64,000 nucleotides of DNA from Antedon mediterranea (taxonomy: Eukaryota > Animalia > Echinodermata): assembly GCF_964355755.1 (NCBI RefSeq), contig NC_092677.1, positions 7,276,101-7,340,100 of the forward strand, given 5' to 3'. Numbering within the stretch: the first letter of the stretch is position 1; each line of letters begins with the position of its first letter. A program made the position numbers and the translations under genes. The notes under the pieces are model-generated. The model ran no database searches and was not told the origin of the DNA. It worked only from the letters and a program-made list of their open reading frames with translations. Shown here piece by piece: positions 40,901 through 53,351 of the stretch.

Positions 40901-41697
40901 TTCATCATAAAATAAATACTTTGATAAATAAACGAAAATCAATTATTAGCAGCCAGGGTTTTTGTTATGACACAGAATTTTACATGACTATTTTGTTTTT
41001 GGTCACCAACTAATTTCCAAGTAAGTTAAGGACCTAGGCTAGAGGCTTCCTTAAATCATGGTAGCCCTAATGATCTTCCCCATGTTTTTTTTTCAAATTG
41101 ATATTTATTCAAATTTAGGTGGTGTTGGTATCTCAACGTTGTGTTTTTTACTACCACCAGTAGGCCTATCGCATGCTTTTGGTGGATCTGTCCTTACCTT
41201 ATAAAGAATTTTCGTAGGAGTTCTCTATTATCCTGTATACGTGCTTTACCACCAGTGTGAGGAAAGTTAAAGATTACTACATCAAACGTCTTGCCTTTCA
41301 GGAACTTGCATGATTGAAGATTAGTAGCATCTACTCCAAAAATAACAGTTCCACCTTAAAATAAATTATACATTTATGGTTCATTTTTTCTGTTTACACA
41401 CGCAGTATAAAGAGGTGATAAAAAGGTGATCATTTTTTCCCCTTTTGCCTTGTGTAATGCAACAATATTCCAGTGCCTCCTCTGACACCATGGTGAATTA
41501 ATGTTCTCACCTGATTCTCTCAACTGATCAATATTCTCCTGAGCCTTCATGTACTTGACTGGCGTGTCAACCTCAATACATGTAGCTATCATCAGTGACA
41601 CCTGCTGCAGGTGTTTGTTTAAAGACAAAGCAAATGAAAAGTCACCCTCGCCAACCAATAGAATCCATCCATGGCATTTGTGTAAATGCTCAAGCAT
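37975..41697 (-). CDS. FDXACB1: Ferredoxin-fold anticodon-binding domain-containing protein 1 (BMT5-like/DUF2431 methyltransferase N-terminus + PheRS-like region + FDX-ACB), ~708 aa
   Basis: Exons 41697-41511, 41354-41198, 40876-40673, 39751-39587, 39388-37975, all in phase. Motifs ILLVGEGDFSF, FGVDATNL, VIFNFPHTGGK, LCNGQGGTPADKPQREWGNSWQVV and YNCTGYRGQGKGF; C-terminal FDX-ACB (RDLCF...SLCYRFIYQS...ALS). Confidence 0.92.
39870..40629 (+). mobile_element. Helentron-associated non-autonomous element (HINE/DINE-1-like) in an FDXACB1 intron
   Basis: 5' T-run + subTIR AGTCGCGTG with adjacent inverted copy ACGCGACT; GTCT/GTCG microsatellite; 3' subTIR CACGCGACT, short hairpin GGCTGTTGGCC and terminal TTGTT. 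The 5' block is duplicated near the 3' end. Confidence 0.78.
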
Positions 41698-42489
41698 GTT
41701 AAAACTATAATGATGCTAGTAAAAAAGAAAATGTTACATTAATTAGGCCTAGAACCATTCGCATGATTTAACTCCTAGCTAGCTATATGCCTTGGTAGTA
41801 GTACTAATCTAATATATCCTGTAGCTAGATAGCCTGAAGTCTACTACTAACTATTGAAACTTTTTTTGTTTCTTCTTGCGTCATGTTTGTTTGATTTGTA
41901 TTATATTTTGTAAACTGTATCTTTTGCCTGAATAAATAATAATGGTAACTAGGCCTACTACTTTCCCTATTTCTACTATCTAGGCCTAGTTAGGAATAGT
42001 ACTTTTTCTAGGCCTACTCTACAGATGTCAGAGCAGAGTACTCTCTGTCTTAGTATTATATACTTATTATATAGTAAGTAGTACTACTATCTACTACTAG
42101 GCAAAACTATATAATTTCCTAGTCTAGTAGATAGAAGTCTATCTGTCTGCATACAGGAGGGCCAAATTAGCCTAGCTAGGCTTATTTATCGAGTCACATA
42201 TCCTAGGCCCAAACAGTAGAGTAGTAACTCACTGCCGAGTAGGCCCCTCCAGCCTTTTAACTCAGATAGGCCTAGGCCCTAGCCTAGCTAGCTAGGCCTC
42301 TCCTCAACTCAACAAAAACGTGCAAATTTCTACCGAGAGTATTTAATAAAATTATCTATATAGTATAAAATATAATCTATATACCTTTAGGCATATAATA
42401 TTCAATAAATAAAACGGTACACAAAACAAACAACGGTGAACAACAGCAGACGACAATCACCCACTGTAAATCCACCAACAACGATAACA

Positions 42490-42560
42490 AAAAACACGTG
42501 CTCGATTTGTTTACAGGAAGTGACGAAACAGCATACTAATGAATTATGCATAATGCATAT
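42490..42560 (-). promoter_or_regulatory. Putative FDXACB1 promoter elements
   Basis: E-box CACGTG at 42495-42500, ETS/CRE composite CAGGAAGTGACG at 42514-42525 and octamer-like ATGCATAAT. They lie upstream of a candidate non-coding exon donor (GTGAGT, 42232-42227) and the acceptor at 41716. Confidence 0.4.
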
Positions 42561-43324
42561 CAGCTTCCACAAAAAACTATTCGGATTATAATTATACAGT
42601 AGTAAAAATTGTATTTACATTTAATTGTTGAAACATATACATCGTTATATTGTCACTTTTATTGCTGTATTAAATTATCACTTGCAATTTATTTATTTTT
42701 TAAGAAACTTATTTTGAGAAGATTTGGATTAAGTTCATGACAAATCTATTCAGTGAATCTTCAGTGCTGCTCCAACCTCCAACACAAAAGTACACAGAGC
42801 ACTAGGGTAGTGCAGTAAAGAATACAGTTACAAATAAATAGCACACACGAAGCACTAATATTTTACAGGAAGTGAAAAAACCTCCACCAGTTTGGGATGA
42901 TCACATTTTTTGAATATGTATAACTATTTACTGTAACAAGGAAGCAATGAAGTTGTTTTAGTGTGAAATATTGTACTGTCTGTGAATTTATTATTTGCCA
43001 TGTTTCCATGAGTTTATTATTACTTTTCCAAGTTTCTGTTTTTTTTTGGTTATTTTTCTGTCTTGAATGTTGAACACAAACGTTGTACTCAACTTAGATG
43101 CATCATACCATGGAGGTATAAAATACACCAAAGGAGACAAGCTAGTTGAATCTCCTTTTTTATACCTCCATGATCATACACAGTACTCTACCCAATGCAC
43201 GTACCTGTCCAATGCACATATCTATTGTCTATTCATGTTATCAATATTCATGATAAACAACAAAGTAAACAAACTTTACACATTAATTAATTGCAACAGA
43301 ATTGCATTGTAATTATACAATCTA

Positions 43325-46300
43325 TCAGTTTGATTTCTTTGTTGTTAATTTTGGCAGCAACTGTTCCGTTTCTTCACGTACCTGAAATAGTAAGACAAAA
43401 TGATTAGAGTAATTAATGCAGTTCTAAAAAGCATTCAGTTTTCAAAAAAGTAATTAGCCTCACTACTTTGCAGTTGGCCTATTTGTTTTTGTAGTGCTTG
43501 ACTTTGACTATTATATGCCTAAAATACATAAAATAGTAAAAAGATACAGTTTACCTTCAGATCTTCTTCAGTTTTGGCTGGATAGTCTCTAGCTTTTGTA
43601 AGGTATAATAATGCCATCTTTAAATTATTTAATTTGATATATGTCTTTCCAAGCATCAATAAGTTCTTACTGTAAAAGTTTGGTTCAACTATAAACAAAA
43701 AATGGAGAGGAATATCTTGTTTGCAATGTCCTCAGACATTTCTACATACACTATTTAAACTATGCTATGCTCAAAATGTTTATGACAAGTTCTAAACAAT
43801 TTGTAAACCATATTCTCAATGAATGATTCATTCTTAAAATCAGGTAAAAGTACTCACCTTCTTCAGCCTTGCTGAAATAAGACAATGCCTAACAAGAAAA
43901 TCACAATTGTTAATTCATAATTTACACATCCAAACACTAGGTATTTGTATAGTCTATTATTTAATCATTATTAAGTATATTTAAGAATGTTGCCTGTGTT
44001 GAGGGTTTGTTCTGATATATAACCATGCAACAGCCACGTAAATGTAAATAAAAAAAAATCCTGGAGTGTAGGTAATCAATCATTACCTCTTCAAATGAAG
44101 ATTCAGGAGGTGTTGTGAAAATAACAGCAGCTGCTTTCTTCTGGTACCAAGGTAAGTCTGCAAAGGTAAAACACCTGTAATAAAAATACAAGTATATAGG
44201 TAAATATGTTCTCCATGCAGTCAACAAATCATTTATAAAAGAATTTGTATATATAGCTCAGTCTACACTATTAAACTAGTTTGACAAAAAAAGTGTGATG
44301 TGCCCAAACAGGGTAGTGATATGCCAAAATATGGTAGTAATATGATATCATAATGTCCATATATATGAGCACATCACATTTTTTTGTCACATAAGTTTGA
44401 TAGTGTCAAGACCCAATCATTCATAATGTAAATAAAGTGTATACTGACCAGAGACCTAGCAGATGATATGATGTAGCATCCTTTGGATTTAGTTCAATAG
44501 CTTTCTGAGAAATATAATTTAAACTTTACATTTAGAGTATATTATGGTAAACGGTTTGGTTCAACCTTGTATTGCTTGACGATGAATGATTTGGCATTAC
44601 AATGAACAGGTTTATTGTTGAATGGTTTGGATTTGTACTTGGCTTGCCATAGATGCAAAAAATGAATAAGCTTACCTTAAAATGTTCCTGTATTTTAAAA
44701 GCATTTAAGATCTTTTTCTTTGAACCTTCATAATCACCAACATCACTTATACAGATTGCATACCACTGTAAAAAGAAAACCTTTTTAATTAGAAAGAGAG
44801 GTGAAGATTTCTGAAGAATTCTGATCTCTTGAACTGTGATGAGTTCAATTTGGCACACTGTCACTGTTTTTGTCTAAAGAAAATGGTTAGCATGTGTCCA
44901 GAAATATTAATTTACCACAATATGTAAATATTAATGTATTAGTATCAACTAAAAGAAAACAATGGTCTTACTTTATGGCATGCAAAATTTGTATCATCTA
45001 ATTCTAGCGCCCTCTTGCTGTACTCCAAGGCTTCATATGTTAGTCTCTTACTAGTTTCAGGATCAGTGTGTGAGTGTTGGGCTACATCTCTTGATGCTCT
45101 AGCTAGTCTCCATAGCAGCAATGGGTTTTCAGTGTCTTTGAACTCCCCAAGATACTTATATAACTTGTGTATTTCATGATTATGGTACAGCTCGTCTGCC
45201 TCTTTAACAGCTACATCCTCTGGGCTTGTCGCATTATCTTCAGCCATCTTCTCTTCTGCAATTAAAATATATCTTTATAGCATTGTGATGATTAATTTGA
45301 TGGTCATTAATTAGTGCAATGTTGCAGTCCTCTAAAGGGCATTGAATTTTAGGTGAATTTGAAAACTTCTAAAGATGTATTGTCCCCCAAAAACATCAAA
45401 AATGAAGATTAATAAAATAAGATTTTGTAGTTTTAATAAAGTTAATCACTTCCATAGAGAAAAAAAAAGAAAACAAATTTCGCTTATAATATTAAGACAA
45501 AATAAACAGTTAAATACAACTAAAACCCCATTGGATGGCAGCCAATTTGACTTTCTTTTTAATTTAGTCAGTTAGATCAAATTTTTGATAAAGTGAATGT
45601 CTATTGTGTGACATATTCAACAAAAGAATGTTTTAAAAATATTTTTTTTCAGGGGGACAATATAGCTTTAATAAAAGTAATAGCACTTACCTGGTTCAGT
45701 GCTCGACCAGAAACTGAAAGCCCTGCCACCAAGTGCAGCAGTTACAACACCAGTTCCAACAAACCTAAACTTTGAACGGTTTATTATTAATCTTGCATGG
45801 CGATCAATCTATAAAAAGAAGTATACAATAATTATTTGTATTTAATTGTTATAGTACTATTATTAGGACTTACTATTAAATACTATACTAAGCCTAGCTA
45901 GCCTACAGCTAGTACTTTGTCTGACTGAAAGTAATATAGTATTATTGGGCCCGGTACTAAATAAAATTTTAATTAAATTCACAAATAATTTACAAACGAT
46001 ACAATAGAAATGGTGTGCACCTGTCTGATAATACACTGTTTTGTATTGAATGAATTATTTATGTTAATATTATTATTAAATATTAATATAAAATTAATAC
46101 AGTACAGTAATTTATTCTTTAGAATATTTCTTCAGTAGCTCGATAGTATTCTAGGTGTATGCTTACATTTAAAGACTAGTAATTATTATTAATTTGTAGG
46201 CATAGCTTCAGCTTCTGTTGAATGCACATTTGGTACGAAATGTCCAATTATTAATCCTAATGTTAAAAGCAAGCGGTTAAACCCCGTTACACTTTTATAG

Positions 46301-46498
46301 CCTAGGCCTAGCCTACGAACGAAACAGTATTTTTTATTTTACACACGTAATTTAGTCTGTAATAACATTGCTTACCTGTTTCAAGTATATAATAAATTGT
46401 TTATAAGTAGTAAACCTGTTTGATCTAATACGCAACAATACAGGAAATTGGCGAAAATGATTCATCACTGCTCGAGCTCGAACACTCATCGACATCAT
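43325..46498 (-). CDS. RMDN1: Regulator of microtubule dynamics protein 1 (FAM82/RMDN, TPR-like), ~326 aa
   Basis: Exons 46498-46376, 45808-45691, 45255-44972, 44765-44676, 44504-44449, 44174-44087, 43888-43858, 43688-43555, 43381-43325. Motifs LLWRLARASRD, ACHKWYAICISDVGDYEG, AIELNPKDATSYHLLGLWCFTFADLPWYQ, FTTPPESSFEEAL and VEPNFYSKNLLMLGK. Start codon uncertain (46534, 46498 or 45247). Confidence 0.9.
44255..44407 (+). repeat. Short ~150-bp MITE family, copy (RMDN1 intron)
   Basis: AGCTCAGTCTACACTATTAAACTAGTTTGAC...AAGTTTGATAGTGT. Confidence 0.8.
45373..45667 (+). mobile_element. Second Kolobok-like MITE family, copy C (RMDN1 intron)
   Basis: AGATGTATTGTCCCCC...GGGGGACAATATAGCT|TTAA; shares AAAATGAAGATTAAT and CCATTGGATGGCAG with copy A. 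Confidence 0.72.
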
Positions 46499-47569
46499 GA
46501 ATGATGGTGGTTTTGGTTTGTTGTTTTGCTGCATGCTGTTGCTGCATGCTTTGCATGAATTTGATTTGAGCGCGCTGCGCGGTCGAAAGATTTATTAATA
46601 TTAAAGTAGTGGCCGGAGGATCGGAAAACAAAAAGTGACAGGAGGGTGTGTGGAATTGAAAAAAAATATATATTTTAATAATAATAAAAAAAAACTGGGT
46701 AAGAAATAAAGAATGCAAAAACGTATTTTTATAATCTTTATTTTTAAAAACATGACAAAAATCAAGATGTTCGAATAAATACGGTAATTTAAAATGAATA
46801 AAACAAGATCTGAGACTGTACAACAACCCACTCAACCTCTATTTAAAAATGGATATGCCATCGTTACCAATGATTTTCAATCATGGGTTAAGCTTTACTC
46901 CTTGGTGGTTCAATACAAATGTATCATCATATTTTTCTTGCTGCAGAAATAATTGTTATATATTTTGATGAAGATAATGAAGCGTAACCTCTAAATCATA
47001 AAGAAGCAAATATTTCCATTGAGATCATATTTAATTAGGGGCCCTGGTTTAGCCAGTGAGCACGTACAGTAGCTGTTAGTGTTACGGCACTGCCCATATT
47101 TAAAAAATGAGCAGTGCACTGAACATTTTTTAAGACAATATTCAGAAAACTAGTGTTGAACTTATCTCCGAGGACTTAAACAGTATGACCACATTATACA
47201 GGTATAATTCACAGGTAAGTTCAACGTTTATCTTCACCTTCACTAAAAACGAAAATTTGATTTCAAAAATATTTTGGGAAGGAGAGGAATTTTTTCAATT
47301 TTATAATTCACAAAGCAATTTAGTGGGTTTAGGAAGGACAGGGCTTAAAAAGGCAGGCATGTAACCAGGGTTTATTAAATGGGAGAGTGCTAAACTAATT
47401 AATAGTGGTTTCAAATCAAAAAGTGGTTTACAATTTAATTTTAGCTGTCAAAAAAAGGAGTGTGCACCACTAGTACTTTCCTGTGATAGAATGATCTGCC
47501 CCTGAAAGATGACTTTAAAAAAAATCCCTTTGTAAACTTGGGTCTTAACTTCTGCCAGGAAATTACTCA

Positions 47570-48853
47570 TCAATAAATAATAGATGAATGGGTGTGTATT
47601 GAACAAAAACATGCTTTGTTTAATTCCTGCAACAGACCTTCATATGGAAGACTACATTTCCATGTTGGTAGAAGTTTTAAATCATTTATCATCTTCAAAA
47701 GAGGCGCACCTCTTCTTAACACTTCAAGCAAGCATTTTACATTGAGTGATTCACACCAAATAATTGGTCCAATATAAAACTTAAAGTCTTTAAAGACTTC
47801 CAACTTTGGCAAATCGACTTCCGACAGGTAAAATCCCATACACTCTTGAATGTCCAGATACTTCAGTGACTTTGATGCAACTTTGAAATTGTGATCTTTT
47901 AGCTGTATGGGTATCGAAACTTCAATTGTTAGTTTTTCTAAATGATGCAATCCTTGTAGTAAAACTGCAAGTTCTTTCTGTTCCATACCACGTAGAGCCC
48001 AGTATCGTGTCAATTTCAATTCTCTCAAACACTCAAATTGTACAATGCAATCAACAGACGCCATGGACCAGTCAAATGGGCTGAATATAGAGATCATATG
48101 TGGAGATGTCTGATGAAGAATTGTAAGAAACTGTTGAAAACATAGTGTCCTTTCTTGCTTTAAATTTGGACGTGGCTTTTTATTAAACCAAGCTGTGGCT
48201 CTAACATACTCCTTACAAAAGACTGTATGTGACCAATCACAGTCAAGGATTCTTAATCCAACAGAATTTGTTTCTTTCAACCATTTTTCTAACAACTTCA
48301 ACCAAATTCCTTCTTTCTCAATGATGTCAAACTTGAATTTTATGTATCGTAAACACGCTTTGCGACTGATTAGACTATAAATGTAGTCGTAAGACATTTC
48401 CTCTAAAAGGCCATTCAATAAATCCTCTGTTCCAAATTTCTGCTGGGGGCACAAATTTTGGAACATAAATTTGGGTGCAGGAATTTGAGTAAAATCAGCT
48501 TTTTTCCACAGACACGATGATCGAATGACCTTGGCCCATGCCACACACACGGTAGCTACTTGACATTTTTCAATATCATTCAAAAATCGAAATACATTTA
48601 ATTGACAGATTACAGGCAGATTGTTAAACTGAAAGTATTCATCGTTTTTCTTCTTTTTTGGATTAACGCTATGACAATGAAGTTTGCGAGTAGTTTTCCT
48701 TTTTCTACAACTATGTTGTATTTGTAGTACTTCACAATCACTGTTCACACAAACACTACTATGTTCTACTTCCGACTTTGCCCGATTACTAATAGTACAG
48801 TAGGTAGTACGGTCACTACCCTGACAATTTCTGCTTCTGGATCGTAACTTCAT
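47570..48853 (-). CDS. F-box domain protein with C-terminal LRR-like region (427 aa, uninterrupted CDS)
   Basis: F-box consensus FNNLPVICQLNVFRFLNDIEKCQVATVCVAWAKVIRSSCLWKKADF; basic NLS-like RKRKTTRK and PKKKK; LRR-like segments LRELKL, LEKLTI, LKYLDIQEC, LPKLEVF. Confidence 0.85.
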   Translation of the reverse strand: MKLRSRSRNCQGSDRTTYCTISNRAKSEVEHSSVCVNSDCEVLQIQHSCRKRKTTRKLHCHSVNPKKKKNDEYFQFNNLPVICQLNVFRFLNDIEKCQVATVCVAWAKVIRSSCLWKKADFTQIPAPKFMFQNLCPQQKFGTEDLLNGLLEEMSYDYIYSLISRKACLRYIKFKFDIIEKEGIWLKLLEKWLKETNSVGLRILDCDWSHTVFCKEYVRATAWFNKKPRPNLKQERTLCFQQFLTILHQTSPHMISIFSPFDWSMASVDCIVQFECLRELKLTRYWALRGMEQKELAVLLQGLHHLEKLTIEVSIPIQLKDHNFKVASKSLKYLDIQECMGFYLSEVDLPKLEVFKDFKFYIGPIIWCESLNVKCLLEVLRRGAPLLKMINDLKLLPTWKCSLPYEGLLQELNKACFCSIHTHSSIIY

Positions 48854-49806
48854 TTTCTTTTATTTTTAATTCAGTTTGATTTGTGTAAAATGACAAACAT
48901 AGCATATTAGCAGTCCTTCATTTATTAAATCCTAGCCTCTAGGTGTACAGGACCATGCCTTGAGCCTAGTATAGTAGGTAGTAGTTTAGTTAGTTAGGCC
49001 TGCCTAAACTAGCCCCTAAAATCGCCGATTAGATATCATATAGGCTAGCTAGGCTAGGCCCAGGCAGGCTAGTCTACTCTACTAGATATATCGGCTGGCC
49101 TCCTTATCGGTGCGACATAGGCCTAGGTGCCTAGCCTATATAAAAATACATGAATAAATAGGCCTAGAGCCTAGCAGATCAACATCCCAGAAATTCTTCA
49201 CCATAAACCTTTAAATCGTTGATATCCGAAAAATGTAAGTCTTATTATACCATATAGGCCTAGACCTTAGGCAGCCCCGTTGTCGACCGAGTCTCTAACT
49301 GACCACCTCCCCAGCCGGCCAGAGTAATTATTGTAGAGCTCCGATAATCGCGCGGTGCGCGGCAGATGACAGATGAGGGCAGCACACACAGTGTATGGAG
49401 CGCCAATTATGCATTTACGATTGTGTCGTGAGCAAATTAATCTGTTTGTATTCAGCATACTGGGTTGTTTATTCACACGTAGTTAATTCAAAGGAAATTA
49501 ATTAAAAGCCTCGAGAATTTTAGTCACACGTTGTAGATAGTAAAATGTTTAATGAAGGGTAAATAACTACCAATGTAAATGCATAATTCACATTGTAGCT
49601 AGGCATGAGAGTGAAGTAAAATAAATAATTTAAAATAAAAAGAGGGCAACTACAAAAAGCAAGTTTCCTGCCACCAACGGCGGGTAGAATGATTCTTACT
49701 CTTTCTTTTTATTTTATTTTAAATAATCCAATCACATCTTTGTTAACACAGTTAATAAATGTGGATTATGTTATTAGGTAATTTGGAATCGTAACCAACT
49801 ATAGCA

Positions 49807-51110
49807 ATGTTGCGGATATGTATTTCTGTTGCTGTTGTTATTTGCTGTATTAGTGGTAAGGGAAAAAATACTTTATTAAGAACTAAAATCTGTACAATTA
49901 TAATCAATGAAGTTTGGAAGCATTTTTTGCATTCGGATTAAACACAAAAAGCATCACATACGGTATAATTGAACCGTCAAAATGAAGATATTAAGTATAC
50001 TCATGGCTGTTTATATAGATAGTGTTAGGATGATTAGACTTAGTGTTTTATTGGGCTTGGGGCTTGTCTATAGTGTTTTCTTGTAAATCATGGAGCTAAT
50101 AATTAGCTCCATGCCTATGCATTGCTATCTCTATAGGCCTATGGCATATTTTCTTCCAACATCTTGTGATTTTTTCTTTGGAAACATGAAACGATTATAG
50201 CTTCTTTTTTTGTCACAGGTTGTAACATATTCACCTATAAATCATCAATATACTTGATGCATGTTTATAACGAATCTGACCCAGAAACGGTCTTACCTAA
50301 CAGAAAAGAGGCCGAAGAAATTTGCACATCTTCAAGTGGTCAACTTGCGAGCCTCACTACAGAGCAAGAATTGAAAACTGTTTACAGCTTTCTGACGACC
50401 TTTTGTCCAACAACGGGGGACGTGACGATAGGGTTGCAACGTCAGAGTGGGCTTGAGCGAAATGTTCGTCAAAACTGGATCTGGTCATCGGGAGAGCAAT
50501 ATACTGGAGATATCAACTGGGGAAATTCTGATCCTAATATAGATAATTCCAAAAATGCTTGTGTAAGATTGGTTGTGAAAAAGGGTAAACCACCTATGTT
50601 TCTAGACAATATATTCAACAGGAAAATACAGGCATTCATGTGCGAGAAACATGTAGGTAAGTATCTATATAGGCCCACGACAGTATTGAATTTACAGAAA
50701 ACACTCCATAAAGAAAATAATTTTCTATCTAAATGTCTATAATTGTCATTTCAATTCATAAAAGAGCATCATACATTTGATTTACTTCGATACCATACAT
50801 TAAGAAACAAGAACAAACACACAACGCAATCATTAATATGGTACCATGGATAGCCTCCTACAATGAAGCCTAATTTAACTTAGAAGAGGATCCTTTAATA
50901 TGACCTGCATGGGTAATGGTTAATAAAATGAATAAATGTTTATTTTAGTTTATGATGTATATCGATGTGTATATCTGCAGTTATTTATAAATATTACTTT
51001 CTTTTTCAGATGAGTTATATTCACCTTCAGGTACTCCATATTTTAGAAAAATGCAACTGTCTCATGGATGCCGTCGTCATGATTATGTGGAAAGGAGTGG
51101 TCAGTGCTAG
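49807..51110 (+). CDS. Secreted C-type lectin-like domain protein, paralog 1 (~195 aa)
   Basis: Exons 49807-49855 (signal peptide MLRICISVAVVICCIS), 50219-50656 (CTLD: AEEIC...GQLASL...E...IGL...WIWSSG...NW...FMCE) and 51010-51110 (tail DELYSPSGTPYFRKMQLSHGCRRHDYVERSGQC*). All introns are phase 1. Confidence 0.85.
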
Positions 51111-51331
51111 AGATGGAAATTCATTGCTTTCATCGTAACCATAAAATGTGACTAAAATACCATTTCGTCTATTACCATGGCACTCTTCTCTGCCAAGACC
51201 AGAAGGTCCACGCAAGATACAAGGTAGCCTATACAAGCCTACTCAATTATTTGACACACATTTCTAACATTGAAAAACACGATTTCAAGTAGGCCTAGTA
51301 TTATCTTTCGCAATGATGTCAAACTGAAATT

Positions 51332-51479
51332 AACTAGTTTGACAAAAAAAGTGTGTGATGTGCCCCAAATATGGTAGTGATATTCCAAATAATATGTTAA
51401 TTATATGACATTATCATATCCAGATATGGGCACATCACATATGTTGTGTCATTTTTACTTTGATGGTGTAGACAGAGCT
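51332..51479 (+). repeat. Short ~150-bp MITE family, copy
   Basis: AACTAGTTTGACAAAAAAAGTG...TTTGATGGTGTAGACAGAGCT. Confidence 0.75.
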
Positions 51480-53351
51480 TTAAACAGGATAGTTAATAAC
51501 CCCATTTTAATTAGTGCCTGTGCCATTTTTTTTATTAGAGAACAGGCTGCAGTGGAAGTGCTTAGTAAATCGGCTTGGCTACCTAATGAAATCTTCTATC
51601 ATCACCGTTTACGTAGAGGCCTTTTTTATTATAGAGATTCCCCTATTGCCGTAAATTATCTTTTTGTGTCTGTCTAGTTTTGTTTTATGTATAGTCTAGG
51701 ATTAGGACATGTAATTAAACCAAAAGAGAGAAACGCTTTAATAATATGCGCTATTTTTAGAACATGGTTGCTTATTGATCTGCAGGTAAGATATCATGGC
51801 AGTTCATAAAGTGCAATTTCAATCAATTCTTATTCATTAATTGTTCTTTTTTTACACAATATTGTGGTAGGCATGTCGACTCCTCACCTCCTTCTCTGAT
51901 CAATATGTTGCCTTATCTATTTTGATTTTTGTAAGGTAATACATGCATTTATTATGAAGTGGTTGATTTGTTCAATAATAAGTTGTTACAATACCTTATT
52001 GTACCTGAATAATAAATAATATATAAATAAATGCCTTGATACAACCTTACGCCAGGTCAACAGGTAACGAATTTCTAATGAACAATCTAACAATCATTTA
52101 TCTATTGTTTGTCCTTGCTTTATTTCTTTAACATATTACTTTTATTTGTTAGTAACACGAGAGGCATTTGGGAATAATTTCTGAAAAAATGGTGGGTGCA
52201 TGTACGTGTGGTTTATGGTCAATATCCACAACCCCTCCCCCCCCCCCCACCCCACTCTACACACTCAACCCCAAGGAGGTCAAATTCCTATTCTTTTTGT
52301 ATAACATAATTGTTTTAAAGCTCAGGTACATGAATGCATGAATTGTAAACATAATATCTGGTTAATTGTACATAAATCAAATATTTGTAATAGAAATCAA
52401 GACGAAAAACCATTAATTTCCCTTAAAATGGTCAAATACAAAATTTGGCAAGATTTTGCTATAAAAACCAGGAAGACTTTATTTCAATAGTTAGGGTAGT
52501 TGAACCTAATGTAATAACAAGTCTGGTGACTCCCTAGAAGGTGAAAAAGATGGTGGATATACGGTGGATAATTTTTGCTAGCATGAAATAAAACTCTGAA
52601 GTTGAATAAAAATACCAGAAACGTAAATTTCAAGTTACATTACCTAAATTTAGTCATATATGATTTTTTACCACATTGTTTATTTTTCCTATTTTAAGAG
52701 AGGCATTTAAAACAATTTCCACCTCAACCCTAAGGAGGTAAAGGCCTCTGTTTGCAGCTTTCTAAGATAAATGTTAATAAATGTCGGTAACAATTTGAAA
52801 ATATCTTACAAAGTTAAAAAATGTATGAGTTTTGCCTTTACGATTGATAAATACAACATTCTTCTCCGTCAAAGAATAATGCCAGAGAATATACGGTTTC
52901 TTTGATAAACGTGACGACACAGCATGGTGAATGATGTGTTAGAGGTGTTGTTGTATTTATTCATCCTTTCTTAATGGTACTGTATATATTAAAATCATCT
53001 TCAAAGTCCCTATAATTATGATAGATTCTTACATAATTTACAACAATGAATTACAAATTACAATAAAATAGGGGACAATCCCCAAGTACTCATGATTCAA
53101 TTATCGTCGTTTGACTTTTCTTATTAAATTTAATAAAGTACTAATTGTCTATCAGTTGACGAATCAAAACCGTACGACACAAACCTTCACCATAAGTCAG
53201 TCATTGGCTTTTTGTTAATATGATGAACCAGAAAGTATTTATTAATTAATAGCAATTATAATGAATTCTGTAGTCTATTTCTATTTAATAATTGTTGTTG
53301 CTATTTATAATGTCGTTTGGATTTCTATATCTCAAGACCTCAAGTGTAACG

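Noticed and set aside
43100-43327. SECIS element with a selenocysteine UGA in RMDN1
   Set aside because: The hairpin lacks the AUGA/GA quartet, and the TGA is followed at once by TAG at the normal C-terminus.
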